This document shows positions 36,957 through 49,960 of a stretch of DNA of 64,000 bases, in pieces. Positions within the stretch are counted from its first letter, which is position 1. The number at the start of each line of letters is the position of its first letter. Source of the stretch: Callorhinchus milii (taxonomy: Eukaryota); assembly GCF_018977255.1 (NCBI RefSeq), contig NW_024704742.1, positions 99,946,001-100,010,000 on the forward strand, written 5' to 3'. A model generated the notes under the pieces. It had not been told where the DNA came from and searched no databases. It saw only the letters and a list, made by a program, of their open reading frames with translations. The position numbers and the translations under genes were made by a program.

Positions 36957-39924
36957 CCAATTTGCCTACAAAATACACAGTTACAACATTTTATAATCAT
37001 TTTACAACAGGTAAATCCTGTTGAGCACTTAGAGACATCATCCCGATGTGAAAGGTTTTATATCAAATGGAAGGATTCATATTATTAAATCTCCTTTCCC
37101 TTAAAACAGATTGCAGTTTAGCCAAGAAAACAGTAAAATCATAGCACAGAGAGAGGAAGTGAGACATTATTGTAACCATGCTTCGTTTCATATATAAAAT
37201 CAAAGGATTACTTAGGAATATTCCAATTATGAATTTGGTTCAAAGAATGTAATTTGGTCAGCTTTAAATGGGCAGACACATCACACAAATATTCCAACCT
37301 CACCGCAGAATGCACATAAAAGCTGTATTACTTCCAGTGTGCCTGTTTTACATTTTGCTTTGGTTTGCGATCCAACCAAAAACATAACAGATTTAGTCAG
37401 TAATAATTATATGAGCCAGGCACATTCTGCATTTTCAAGTGACAGCGTCCCTTTTCATTGATCCATTTAGGATTCAACCTAAAATAACTTACATTTTACA
37501 GCACTTTATCACATCAAAACATTTAAAAGCACTTCCTAAGTAATAAAAACAACAATCATTGCATTTGATATAGTGCCTTCCATGTCAGGAGGATGTCCCA
37601 AATTAATATGGATTTACTGTGAAGTGGAATGACTGTGTATTTGCAAACACAGCATCCCAATAGCACGAAAATAATGACTATCAAGTGTGTTCATTCTTCT
37701 TGCAGACAAAAAAGTCTGAAATGAAATGGCTGTACATTCATAGGGCATTCATATTGTTTTTATCTCAAAGCAATGGCAATGTTGTGTTAAATTTATATTA
37801 ATCAGATTTTTGCTGTGTCCGCTGCACAGAAACAAAGTGGTAAATTGTAAATCAGGTCTGTACATAGAAAATCTAATGTGTGGTATTTTTAAATAAAGAA
37901 TTCCATTAGAATTTCCATTAATCTGGAGTTCTACTCCCAAAGAAGATCTACAGGAATGATTTCCTCTGGTCAGGGTGATATACATTTGGTTAGAAAAGGG
38001 GTTCATATTATTAAAGAGGTTTGCGTTCGTTATTAAGGAATCCTATTAGAAAAGATCACAAAAGATCCTTCTTAAACTATTATTTGTATCCTTGGTAAAT
38101 TGTAAATCTACAATTGCTGATATCAGATCCTTCAAAGTTTAACTCATTGCATTGTAGTTTTTGACCTCTGATTTCAATGCATAGAAAAGCCGGCTTACAA
38201 AATTATTTTACTACTGTACTCTAAATTAATATTCAGTCAAAGGCAACTAAACAAATTCAAAGTTGGGTGATGACAACTTTGACAAAGAAACTTGAGAAAT
38301 GAGAAACAGGCAAAGAAACTTGAGAAATGTTCTGTGATCAGCCTGAACAGAGAAGCAAGACGTTTGTGCCATGCAAGGTAATTACAGCGGCGAGTGGATC
38401 AACAATCTATTAGTCAATGGTAGGAAGATCTATCTCCTCTCTCAGCATTTGGTTTAAAGCCTGTAATTTGGTCATCTTTAACTGGGTAGACATGTCACTC
38501 AGATATTCCATCCTCATTGCAGAATTTACATAAAAACTGCTTGCAGCATGATGGCAGCTATATAAATGCAAGGTGATATTATTCTTGTCCAAAGATTACC
38601 CGGACATACTTCAAACTTTTGGCAAGTAACACACAAGCAAATTAAAAGATATATGAGGTGCAAGAGACAGATGGCAGTTTTTTATAACCCCTGGCACATC
38701 ACATGGCATTGTACTGTGGAAATAGGGTTTGTGGCTGGTGAAGCAGACAGTGGACAGTGTAAAAGTTGAAGGCGGTGTGTAATCCACACTCAACATGTCT
38801 ATATAGCATCATGCTAGTTGGGTAAGTACAGTTGGTGGATCAATCTAATCAATCTGCTCAAGACAAATCAGCAAACATCTTTCATGTATGTTGTAGGACT
38901 GCTCTGTAGCCATACATTGATCTGTAGAGGCATATGAAAGCCTTTTCATGTGGGTGGAAGAGAGGGCAAGGTCCTGCCCTTTTGCCTTTATGGCAAAGTG
39001 ACTCCCATCCCTTGGATACCACACTGCAAAGAATTCTTTGATGACTGGGTCCTACTAACACAATGCAACTCTCTCTGCACAAATCTCAAATATAGAACAG
39101 GAACCCTGTGTTTCATTTCCTTTTCTCAGATATATGTACAATAATATGCATAATACAGTTTGAATATCTTTGGCACAATTTTCGCACATGGTTGTGAAAT
39201 AATAACAGACATTATATTGAAACACATATGTTTTGCAGACAGTATCTATTCAACTAAATACATTTATTCAGATTGCAGTGAAGATTAATCGCTTAGAATT
39301 TCTACACTGAATAATATTTTACTTAACTGCAAAGTTTTCCCATTGTCACAGTAAAAGACATTAATTCTCTTCATTTACATCTTCTTTTCCTCTCAAAGTC
39401 AAGCTGTCAATCTCATTTTACATGGGTTTGGGAGCACCTCAGCATGGTGACTGCTCTCCCTTCAGGGTATAACTGTTTCTGGCATGTACCATCCAATTTT
39501 GATGCTCTGTTCTCCTCCAAGTCTTAACACAATTACAGTATTCATGTGGAGAGTGCCCTGCCTGGTGCCAGTTATGAAATCGCAATTATGTTCTCCACAT
39601 AAATTTTGTGCTTGTTACCCAGTCAGTAAGTCTGCATTCAGAATAACGCATTACTGTCATGCAACACACAGTGGGTATGTGGAATGTAAAGCAGTGCTCA
39701 GCAATCTGTTTGCAACTCATGCCTTTTTTAAATTTTCTCTCCTCTCCTTCCCACTTCAAGAGTCTGGTGTGTGCTGGGATATGGTTCCAAAGCCATAGGA
39801 ATCCCATCTGGTATAATCCCCAATGGCAATTCCTTATATCTGATTCTACATAGTATCATCTGACTAAGAAAAGGATCCCAACCAAATCCAATCATTTTCT
39901 CACTAACGTCTACATGGTGCACTT

Positions 39925-40525
39925 CAAGCCTAAGTCAATGGATAGTGTCGGTAGCACTTTTGCCCCTTTGTCTGAAAGTTGTGGTGTTAAACTCCATGTC
40001 AGGACTTTGAGCTCACAGTCTAGGCTGACATTCCAGTATAGTGCTGTGGGAGTGATGCCTTGAATTAAACGTGAAACCAAGTTGCAACTGCCTTTTCAAT
40101 TGGACATTAAGCCTCCCATGACTGCACAGTAAAGTAAAGTACTGATGGAAACCCTTCACTATATAAGTTAGAAGGCTTAGAAGGGATTACCACATCGGGA
40201 TTTGAAATCACATAGTCCAAACTGATACTTCAATCCAGTGATGGTGATGTGTTTCATTGTCATTAAGATGAGACATTAAACTGAAGTCCCATCTGCCTGT
40301 TTAGGGGGACATTAAAGATACCATAGCACTATTCAAAAAGAGAAGGGAGTTTCTCCTGGTGTCCTGGCCAACAATCCCCATATAAAATGGATTATTTGTT
40401 TCATGGCTGTTTGTAAGAGACTGCTGCATGCAATTGGCCTGCTGCATTTTCCTACAAATACATAATCATTCCACTTTGGATGTCCTCCCAACATGAAAGG
40501 CGTTATACACATGCAAGGATTCTGA
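39925..40525 (+). mobile_element. two tandem DeuSINE-type fragments
   Basis: Head at ~39925-40120 and core plus tail at ~40200-40525 (GATGAGACATTAAACTGAAGTCCCATCTGCCTGTT..GGACATTAAAGATACCATAGCACTATTC). Confidence 0.78.
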
Positions 40526-40805
40526 TTGATCACTTATAACACAGTTGTACACTGGATCCCATTCATCGTGATTCTGCACAGCTGGTCCACTTGTTTCCTG
40601 TGTGCCAATTGGCTTTTCACGCTAAAATGATTGTCTTTTGGTTCATTAGGTTGCGGTTAAAATGATTTACCGTTTTGCTCCAATGTGCAAAGTTGGCCAT
40701 TTTGGCTTCCCACACTATAAAAAAGCTGACTTCCAGGTCATCAAGTCACTGTAAACATCACTTCCTGCTTTGCGAACACACAGGAAATGGAAAGTGACAT
40801 TGTGA

Positions 40806-40930
40806 CCTCTCTCTCTCTCTCTCTCTCACCTCGCTCACTTGTTCTCCCCTATCCTCTTCTCTCCCCTCTCCCCCTTCTCCCCACTCTCTCTCCCTCCCTC
40901 CCTCACTCCCTCAATCACTCATTCATTCTT
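40806..40930 (+). repeat. (CT)n microsatellite and polypyrimidine tract
   Basis: Seen directly in the sequence. Confidence 0.9.
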
Positions 40931-41318
40931 TGGAGTCCTGTAGCATAGTGGTTAGAACACTCGCCTCTCAAGCGAGAGGACTTGGGTTCAATTCCCGGGC
41001 AGGACACTGCGAAACCTTAGGCAAGATTCCTTACTCCACACACACCTCTTTCCCCTAACAGTATGTAGGAACCTGCTTGTTAGTCAATTGGCGGATCATG
41101 TTCCGGACGTAATAATCCTTCCAAAAAAATAATAATGTGGTCACTCAATCCATGACTGTTTGTGGGATACTGCTATGCACAATTGGCTGCCTCGTTTCGC
41201 CCACAAAACACAGTCACTACACTTGACAGTATATTCTGTAAAGCACTTTGAGATGACTCAAAGACATAATAAGGTGCTATATCAAATGCCTACTGACTGA
41301 CTGATTGACTGACTGATG
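40931..41318 (+). mobile_element. long-form tRNA-SINE with extra central segment and (ACTG)n tail
   Basis: Same head and 3' part as 9083-9412, plus ~65 extra nt at ~41045-41109. Ends CAAATGCC-TACTGACTGACTGATTGACTGACTG. Confidence 0.9.
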
Positions 41319-42089
41319 ACCCAGAAATCTGCTATTTTCCTTTTAATATGGCTGCACACATGCGCAGCAGTAAAACCCATTGTCAGACTTAGCTAGAGAG
41401 TGATTTTCTGGATCGCAAACATCACATTATATCAAGACTACACTATATTTGAAAAGAAAAGGGAGTTTGGCTGCTGTGGGATTAGAGAATTGGTTGCCTA
41501 GTTTGCCACAAACCTGCAGTCACTAATATTTACAGCAATTCCCTGTGAAGCTTTGAGACATTTGAAAGTTAAAGCCTCTATATCAAATGCAAGGATTATT
41601 ATTATTACAGTGATCAGCAGAGGGAACTTTGGATGCAATTCTCTAGCCCTGAGGTACTGGAACCAATTGTAGAGCTTCCTGTAGCCGCAACTGAGATCAA
41701 CTAAAGGCACAAACCAAAGTTTGAACCCGCAATTTTCTGGTCCACACCAGGCAATGCCTGTACCACAAGGCAATTAGTGAGCATGAAATTCATCTGTGTG
41801 GTCTAAAATGCTTCAATTCCAACACAATTCACAAAGGATTCATAAATATTACATCCTGCTGGTAACTAGACATGTGCCATTTGACCCACAGAAACTCTGT
41901 TCCAACGCAACTTTCTTCCAAGAGCATGTGGGTAAGAATCCCATGGGTTAGTGGAATTATCCAGTGAGTAGCTGAAACATTCCGTAAGCACAGTTGAAGA
42001 GGAAGGTTTTCAGGCAGGTCTACATCTGAGACACCGTCCAGCGTGGAGGGCGCTATATAAATCCAAGTTGTTGCTGCTGTTGTTGATAA

Positions 42090-42315
42090 AGGGGGGAGAG
42101 GGGCCAAGGCGGAGGGATTGAGGGAGAATGTTCCAGAGTTTCAGGGCGTAGTGGCTGAAAGCGCAACCTCCGATGGTGGGGTAGAGGGTGCGAGGGATGA
42201 GCAGGAGGACGGTGCCAGTCGAGCGGAAGCACCAGGTGGTGTATTGGGGAGTGAAGAGGTCGAAGAAGTAGGGAGGTGCCAGAGAGTGAAGGGATTTGAA
42301 CACAAGAGTGAGGTT
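42090..42315 (-). mobile_element. L2 3' fragment
   Basis: Minus-strand LVFKSLHSLAPPYFFDLFTP...TIGGCAFSHYALKLWNILP. Confidence 0.88.
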
Positions 42316-43734
42316 AGAGAGCACAGAATTAGCCATATTTTTGGCGGTTGATAACCATACAATAAACCCAGCTGCAGATATACACATATGCACAAGGTAA
42401 ACAGAGATTTGAGGTTGGCTGTGTTGTCTCCTGCAGATAAGTAGATGTTGATGGTGACTTTGAATGGGCAAATATAAAAAATTCCGGGTGAGAATGATTT
42501 TGGTCTCATATCCCTGTTCAGGTGGATGCTAAAGTTCCCACGACATTATAGCACAGCCCTATAATAATACGTTTCACGTCTCGATGACAGTCAAATGCAA
42601 GGTTTTTTATCTACCCATTGCAACATTGAGCTATGTTTCTTTTGAACAAGTTTCAGTGTCCTGATCTCAAAAACTCTTCCTGATTATCTGTTCCACTCGT
42701 TAATTACCCTCTAGGTAGAGAAAAGATTTCCCCGGTGTCTGTCGTGAAATTGGTCCGCTCCACTCCTAAATATCAAATCTCATTTAGACTGCATTTGTCT
42801 AAAATGCAGTTGCAATACGTATGTGAGAAACTCCCTTCCCCCACAGTGGCCAGCTTTCTGCTCTAAAATGACCTACTTCCAGGTTATTAGGTTGCCACAA
42901 TGTCGCCTTTTGCTTTGCTTATTCGCAAAGACCAGAGGGGAACGACGCACTGCGTACCTAATTCTGGGAATTACTATTAGGAACCAGTTGGTCTATCAAT
43001 ATCTCAAATCAAAGGCTTATTAATAAATTGGATCTCAATCCCAAACAATAGGTAAAATTAGTCATTTTAATTCACTTTACCACCGTAAACGTTCCAGAAA
43101 TGGAATAAGGTTTTTCAAGTCACAGAGAACGCAGAGGAATGTCAGTAAAGATTGAATGACGTAAAAGGTACTGTCACAGATTGGAGACTTAGAAGGGATT
43201 AAAATGAAGGAGGGGAGAGCAATACCTGGGCGCTGTTCAGAAATGTAGGAATGTGTGAATGAGACAAAATATCTCTTTGATGAAGTTCAATCTAGTGCAA
43301 AAAAACAAACTACAGTACTTGACATCTATCCTTCAAACTGAGTCTTTTTTCTCAATAGCCATAGGTCTATCTGTTTGGGATGATATTTTGAGTGGTATTA
43401 AATTTAGTATTTAATTGAGCACTTGTGTCAGAATATTCTGACAGATATGGCAGTCTGGTGCCAGTTTTATGTACTGCAGTTCCAGAGACTCAAAAATACA
43501 GTGCCAAAGTGGAGGAGTCCTGCATTCTGATCCTCTTTTCGCATGAGCTCCAGACTTCCAGAGACTGATTGTGGCAACTGATGGGTAAACCTTGACAGTC
43601 AGCATCAGCAGCTATTTGCCCACAGAGACAACACAATACTCTTGTTACCCAATGGCACCCATTCATATCTCCAGCAGGGTTGAATGGATAATGATGAAGA
43701 GTGAGAACCCTATTGCTGGGGTTGAAGCCAATTG

Positions 43735-44025
43735 TCAGCTTGACTCAGGTGGCAGAACACTTGCTTCTGAGTCAGAAGGTTGTGGGTACAAGCCCCATGT
43801 CAGGGCTTTAAACTCATAGCCTAGCTGACACTCTAATGTAATGCTGTTAAATCTGAAAAACAGAATGGCAAGTATAACTACTTGGATGTTTGCAGGCATT
43901 GCTGTGTGCCAATTAGCTGCCACATTCACCTAACTGCAGTCACTACACTGCAGTAAGTTCTGTGAAGTTCTTTGAGATGTTCTCTCGATATGAAAGATTC
44001 TACATCAAACACAAGGATTATATTG
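43735..44025 (+). mobile_element. DeuSINE-type SINE lacking the core
   Basis: Head TCTGAGTCAGAAGGTTGTGGGTACAAGCCCCATGTCAGG joined to the shared 3' segment. Confidence 0.75.
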
Positions 44026-44429
44026 ATTGTCACATTCCTACTGCCAGCCGAGCTGAGTTCCGCTAACTCAACACAGACTGGGATCAAAATGTTTGAACAT
44101 CTTGAAGTAAGTAGAGTATTGAGATGGTGTCAGCCTTTCAGGCAAGTGTCATTAGAAAGTTATCCTTATGTCTGGAGGGCAGCTGGCATTCCATGAATGT
44201 ACAAGCATCTTGACTATCATGTAAGTATCGAGAAAATATCAAATTTTCTTGGAGGCGACATAAGATTTGATTCTAATTAAGGTTTCAGAATTCAGAACCA
44301 AGCAAAAAGACAAGATTATATTATGAGTTAGCTCAGGAAGTAAAATTGTAATGTAAAAATGGTATAATTATAACACCTTCTGTGTTTTGTAAAAAAAGAG
44401 TAGGGTACTTTTCTATTGTATAATTTGCA

Positions 44430-45140
44430 AATTGCTGTGACTGAGGATGTGTATTCCAGCTACAAAATCTGTATAAGGATCAATAGCAGACTCACCAAGC
44501 CTAACCCTCTCAAAAGTGAGTTAAGGAAAAGGTGTCCACTGTCACCCATCCTATTCGATGTACTGACCAATGATATATTGGATGGCAACAAGAGGGACGG
44601 ATTTGATGGATTTGTGTCTGTTTTAAGTATTTTCAATAGAATTGTAGCACTGTGTTAGTGAACGATGTTGGATTGTTGGTGCAGTCACCTGGAGATCTTG
44701 TGAACTGTAGTCGTCATCTTGAACCCTGGACCATTCAGCTGGACATGCTGGGTAGTGCCCCCAAGTACAGTATGGCTCTGTATAGCTTGAGAGGGGCTCT
44801 TGAAGGTATTAATTAGAAGATATAAGTGGCATCCATTTCAATTGCTGGTTCATATTACAGTATGTAGGAAGCATGGTGACATCAATTTTTGCTTAGATAC
44901 TGTTCTTCAGGATCAAACAAATGACTCTAGTTATTCACATCTCTCTTGAATAATAGCAAAATCCCAATGCATGTCGAACTTGTGGTGTATATATGTGGCC
45001 AAACAATCTCCTTCTGAGCTTATGCTGTGTCAGCCCTTTTACATAGGCAAAGATCAATCTGTGAATTGATTTGTAGAAGAAAGGGGAAGCGTCTGCAGGG
45101 AGAGAGGGCTCCATCTAACATACAGAGTTAATAATCCACC
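44430..45140 (+). mobile_element. fossil non-LTR retrotransposon RT, clade distinct from the local L2/CR1
   Basis: IRINSRLTKPNPLKSELRKRCPLSPILFDVLTNDILDG (decayed GLRQGCPLSP.LF), then ALC*.NDVGLL (decayed LFADD) and LLNNSKIPMHV downstream. Confidence 0.7.
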
Positions 45141-46444
45141 AACCAATACACAGTTACTGTACTTTACAGTAAATCCTGTGAAATTCTTTGAGATAGCTGG
45201 ATGACATGATGTGGTGCTATATCAAATTCAAAATTATGATTTTTATAATTAATAAACCTGGTACAATGTGTTAGATTTGAACTTGAGAACATAAAGATGG
45301 TTTTCACATTGGAAGCAGATCTGTATACGTCTTTCCACCACTTTGAAGCCAGGTGCCTATTAAATAGTTGATGAGGAAATTAAAGCTTGCATGACAGATA
45401 CTTGAAGACACTTGAAGGCATTACTTTTAGTCCAGGCAAACAGACAAGAAAACATCAAGGAGTATGAGGTCTGAGCTCAATAACATGGACTAGGCGTGGC
45501 ACTACTTAAGTTTAAATCATTTGAGGATAAATGGGCATCCTTAAAAAAAAGACATATGTGGATAGTGCAGGACAAAATACAACTTGACGTGTAAAGAGAG
45601 GAGAGTAAAGTGGGTGTTTGATGAAGTCGGCTGAAGGGCCGGCCTTTTTAATTTCAGTCTCCTGTGGTTTTATTACTGCCCAAAATACATTAGAGATGTA
45701 CATCATCATTCAATAAGGATAATGAAGAAAATTATCAAATGACTCAGCAGATTTAATGTTTATCTGTAGGATCCTTAGATTATATATGAATAAGTATCAG
45801 TCTCACAGAGACATTAAAGACTATTTCAAATTACATTTGGATAGTGTACAATCCAGAGTGCAGAAAATATCAAGCAGTCTTATTTTTCTGAAATCCACTT
45901 TGAACAACTGTCTTGAGTGATGTTCTGATTAATGTGTGGTGTTCCATTACAGCTTGATTAAATATTACATGAAACATTTTGAAGAGCAGTAATCACCTTA
46001 AGTGTTGTAACCAGAGATAACATACCACAAATGATAGTAAATGTGGATTACTTTACACAGAATGGTCCAAGTAATGAGGATTAAAATCCTGGGTATTTCA
46101 GGGCAATACTTGGTATAATTTGTGTTCAGGGCCAAGGATCCTGGGGCGCTAATGCGTTGCCAGGATGCAGCACTTATCCATAACTTCCACACAAGCAGTA
46201 ATTTCCATACATATGAGAAACTCACATAAGTTTGGATGTTCTTTAGAATGGTTTTGTGCCAGTCACCCAGCTGATGAAATAAAAACATAACTTAGACATA
46301 TTGACAATTTAGGATAAAGTCCAATAGTGTGAATGATGCTGAACACAGACAAGATGCTTCCTCTGGGAGAGTAAGGGCAATCAGAGGGTTCAACTACTAA
46401 TCCTGCTCTTACCTACAACACAGCTTGCTCAAATGTCTTCTCAA

Positions 46445-46772
46445 ACTGTCCGCTCCTTCCGCTGAGTAGGCTCCGGCCTCCTCCATATCCCGCACCCGGC
46501 CCACCCCGCCATCTGTGCTCAGGCCTTCAGCTCCTTTGCCCCCACCCTTTGGATCTCCATCCCCAGTCCTTCATTTTGCTCCCTCCCTTGCCTCCTTCAA
46601 AGCACACTTCAAGACCCTCCTCTTTAACTGCGCATTCTGCCACCCTCCTACCCCTACCCTCCCTGCCCCTTCCCAGATCCCAAGACCCTGTTCGGGTCCA
46701 TATCCCTGACTGTCCAGTGCCTTGGGACATCCTCCCAACATGAAAGGCACAATACAAATGTAATTCATTGTT
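46445..46772 (+). mobile_element. L2 3' fragment
   Basis: SLASFKAHFKTLLF, 3'UTR and stem-loop GTCCAGTGCCTTGGGACATCCTCCCAACATGAAAGGCAC. Confidence 0.9.
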
Positions 46773-47344
46773 TTCGGGCAGAGCCTTAGGTATTGGACTT
46801 ATGCACTCCCTCGGTTGGGAAATGGGACATTAAGGTATAAAGGCCTTTTAAGGGGTGGAAAATACCTTTTAGCCTGGATCCCTCAGAAAGTATTTTCTCT
46901 TTAATTTCTGGGTGTTGGGGATGATCTTTTTTTTACCTTCCTTGTGATAGTTATGGAACATTCAATAACCACCAATAAGTGGCAGCACCCAGGTAGCTCA
47001 TTTCACTGCCATTGCTTTCAAATGTTTGGAGTAGTTTCCAAGTATTCCTTGTGTTAAATAAGGAACATTCAATAATGAGGAGTGTGTGGCAGCACCTCTC
47101 TCCAGGTCAGCACCTCTCTTGCAAATCGCTTGATGCCTATTTTTTTTAATTGCTATATTTTTTAAATGAATTTTTAGTTGCTGGGATGATTTTTAACCGA
47201 TTTCTTCTCTTTACTAAATATTTTTTGAGCTTGGCCTGCTGAAAAGGGCAGAAATCCTCACATTTGCTTGCGTATAATTACATTTTAAATGATTGCTTAA
47301 GTGATCAGGCCCAATCTTTTATGAAGCAACTGGAGTAACCAGGG

Positions 47345-47600
47345 CCTTTTACCTCCACCTCCGTCACATTGCCCACCTCCAACCATACCTCACACGCATT
47401 GCAGCTAAGAAGCTCGGCCATGGTTTCATCACCTACCGCCTCAATTATTCCAGTGCCCTCCTCGCTGATCTCCCCAGCTTCACTATCCACAGATTCCAAC
47501 TAATTCAGAACTCTGCCATCCATATCCCCATCACACCAGTTCTCACCAGACTCCACTGGCTCCCTATCACAGAAAAGACGGACTTCAAGATCCGCACACT
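47345..47600 (+). mobile_element. old L2 internal fragment
   Basis: HLRHIAHL...RLNYSSALLA..RFQLIQNSA..LHWLPI..DFKI. Confidence 0.8.
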
Positions 47601-49669
47601 CGTACGCCTATAAATAATCATGTTTTAGAAAATGTTACGTCACATTCATTTGTCCATTGTGTAATAAATATACTTTGTCATTTGCAGTTGTGTTTACAAA
47701 ACCGATAAGGAAACAGACACCTCCACATTCTAGTATAAAATAATAATAATAATAATCATTGCATTTGATAAAGCGCCTTGTCATGTCATTGAGATGTCTC
47801 AAAGCACTTCACAGAATATATTGTAAAATGAATTGGCTGTATATTTTGTGGGCGAAATGGCTAGAGATTTCTGAAATGGAGCAATCACACATGTTTTGTG
47901 AACCATAAAAGTTACAATGGAAAAGAAACGAGACCAAAGTGTATGGAAATGAAAGGAGATAAGCCTCTCCTCCATAATAAAAACAAAGAGATGTTATAAT
48001 ATTTTCAAGATTAAGCCTATTGTTACTGATCGGTAGTTGTAAAAATAATATTTATTTATTCAAGAAAAGCAAAGAATATCATTATTGTTTATTAGCCTGG
48101 ATCCCTTACAATTGGTCTGAATTTTTCATCTTGTCAGTTGACCTTTAGGAGTGACCTGACATAAAACAAAGGTTTTACAGCCCTGTTGAAACTTTTTTCC
48201 CTGTTTCTGAGAGCATATTGCCCTGCTAAAAGCAATCACAAGACAAGGAACCTTAAGTTAACCTCAGCCAGCAGCGGCACTTCCCCTGAGATGCTCGGAT
48301 GACTGATAATATAGCAGCAGGAAAAAGCAATCCAAAACTCATTGAGAGAGGCAGTACAGTGCTCCAAGTTATGCATCTGACTGTGTATGGCCACTGTTGA
48401 TAGCTGGCAAAAATGAATGTACAAATACCCATTTCTAAATTTTTGATACTTGGCCATGACATTAAAGGGTTTATAACAGTATAAATAACTTGCCAGTGTT
48501 TTTGCCTCAGATACACTTAGTGCGTATGTGTTGCTTCACATCCAGTGTATTTACTTACTGATCAATCTGATATCTGCTTGCAAAAAGATTATTGATTGAG
48601 TGTCTCATTTTGCAACAGACCATTTTGAACAGAGGGATCCGAGGGCACTCCATTAGCAACAATCAGCAACTTTGAGAGGTACCAGTAAATAAGCTAATGG
48701 TCTAATAAATCACACTTTATTTTAAATTCTATTGGTATTACCTTATAATTCACATAAAATTAGGTTTCCGGTAATCAGTATTGTGAATCAAGATCTCCTG
48801 ATCAATGGGGTTTTGTGTTAAGTGTAACAGGAGATTCAGCGTCAGAGCAATTTGCAACAAGATTCCATCCCTAATATCAAATAAATCCTCAAACACTGGA
48901 GGTAGTCATAGTTGTGCTTTAGCAGCACACCCTCTGACAAGCTGCTGAACGTTAGATACAATGTGCAAGACTGTAAGTTAACCAGGAGTATTATTACAGA
49001 GATGTATGTTCATGTGGAAGGTGAGAAGGTACAATTCCACCATTTAGCTTTCAAAAGCATTCCAGTTACATGTTGTAGTTTTGTGTTTTGTAAGTCAACT
49101 TTGAGGGACCAAAGGCACGATCATGTTTAATAAACGTGTTGTGCGTGAAACTATTAAAAATTTGATCTATTAAATCAGTCTTTTCCAGGTTTAAGTGCAT
49201 TAAAAATATTTCTATTTTGATTGTATGTAGCCTTCAATAAGGGCTTAAATCCTCTTCTTTCTTCCATTTCAATCCCTTCACTCCTCAAGCCATAGACCTC
49301 CTCTGACAGAGGGTGCAAGGATCTTCTCTTGATTGCCTCCAAGCATTACGCAAGACTAACCAAATGGATAACGTACAGCACAACCAGAACATTAGCGAAT
49401 AAACTACAATAACATAACTTGCATGTATTTAGCACCTTTCACAAAGGATAACATCTCAAAGCACTTCACATGGGCAGTATCAAATACTGAGCAAAGTGGG
49501 TAGAAGGGCGCTATGTAAAAGCAAGTTGTTGTTGTTATTGTTGATTAATTACCCAGGCTGGCCAGTCAACAACAGAACACTGGAGTACTCTGGACCTGTC
49601 TAACTCAAACACTGGATATTCTGTTAAAAGAGTTAACACAACTCCATTCTCTTTGTGCCAGTGGTCACA

Positions 49670-49960
49670 AGATCTCAAGACTGGATGAAGAAGGCCCTTT
49701 GGCCCATTTGATCTCATCCTTACAAAATATCCACCCTCTATCTTCCCATCACAGCACTGAACTCAACCACCCTCCCTGGTAACTCATTCCAGCCATTAAC
49801 ACCCCACTGAGTAAAAAAATATTTTCTGGTGTTTGTCCTGAAATTGCCCTTATTGTTAACTTAAGTACAGTTCTGGGTTTACTTTCTCAATCCCATTTAA
49901 AATGTTATATACGTCTATAAGGTCATTCCTCTAACACTAGGGATCATTCTCATTGCTCTG
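49670..49960 (-). mobile_element. old CR1 3' remnant
   Basis: GAAGGCCCTTTGGCCCATTTGATCTC 3' end and ATTCCAGCCATTAACACCCCACTGAGTAAAAAA (FFTQ.GVNGWN on the minus strand). Similar remnants at 53150-53320, 53450-53660 and 53770-53970. Confidence 0.65.
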
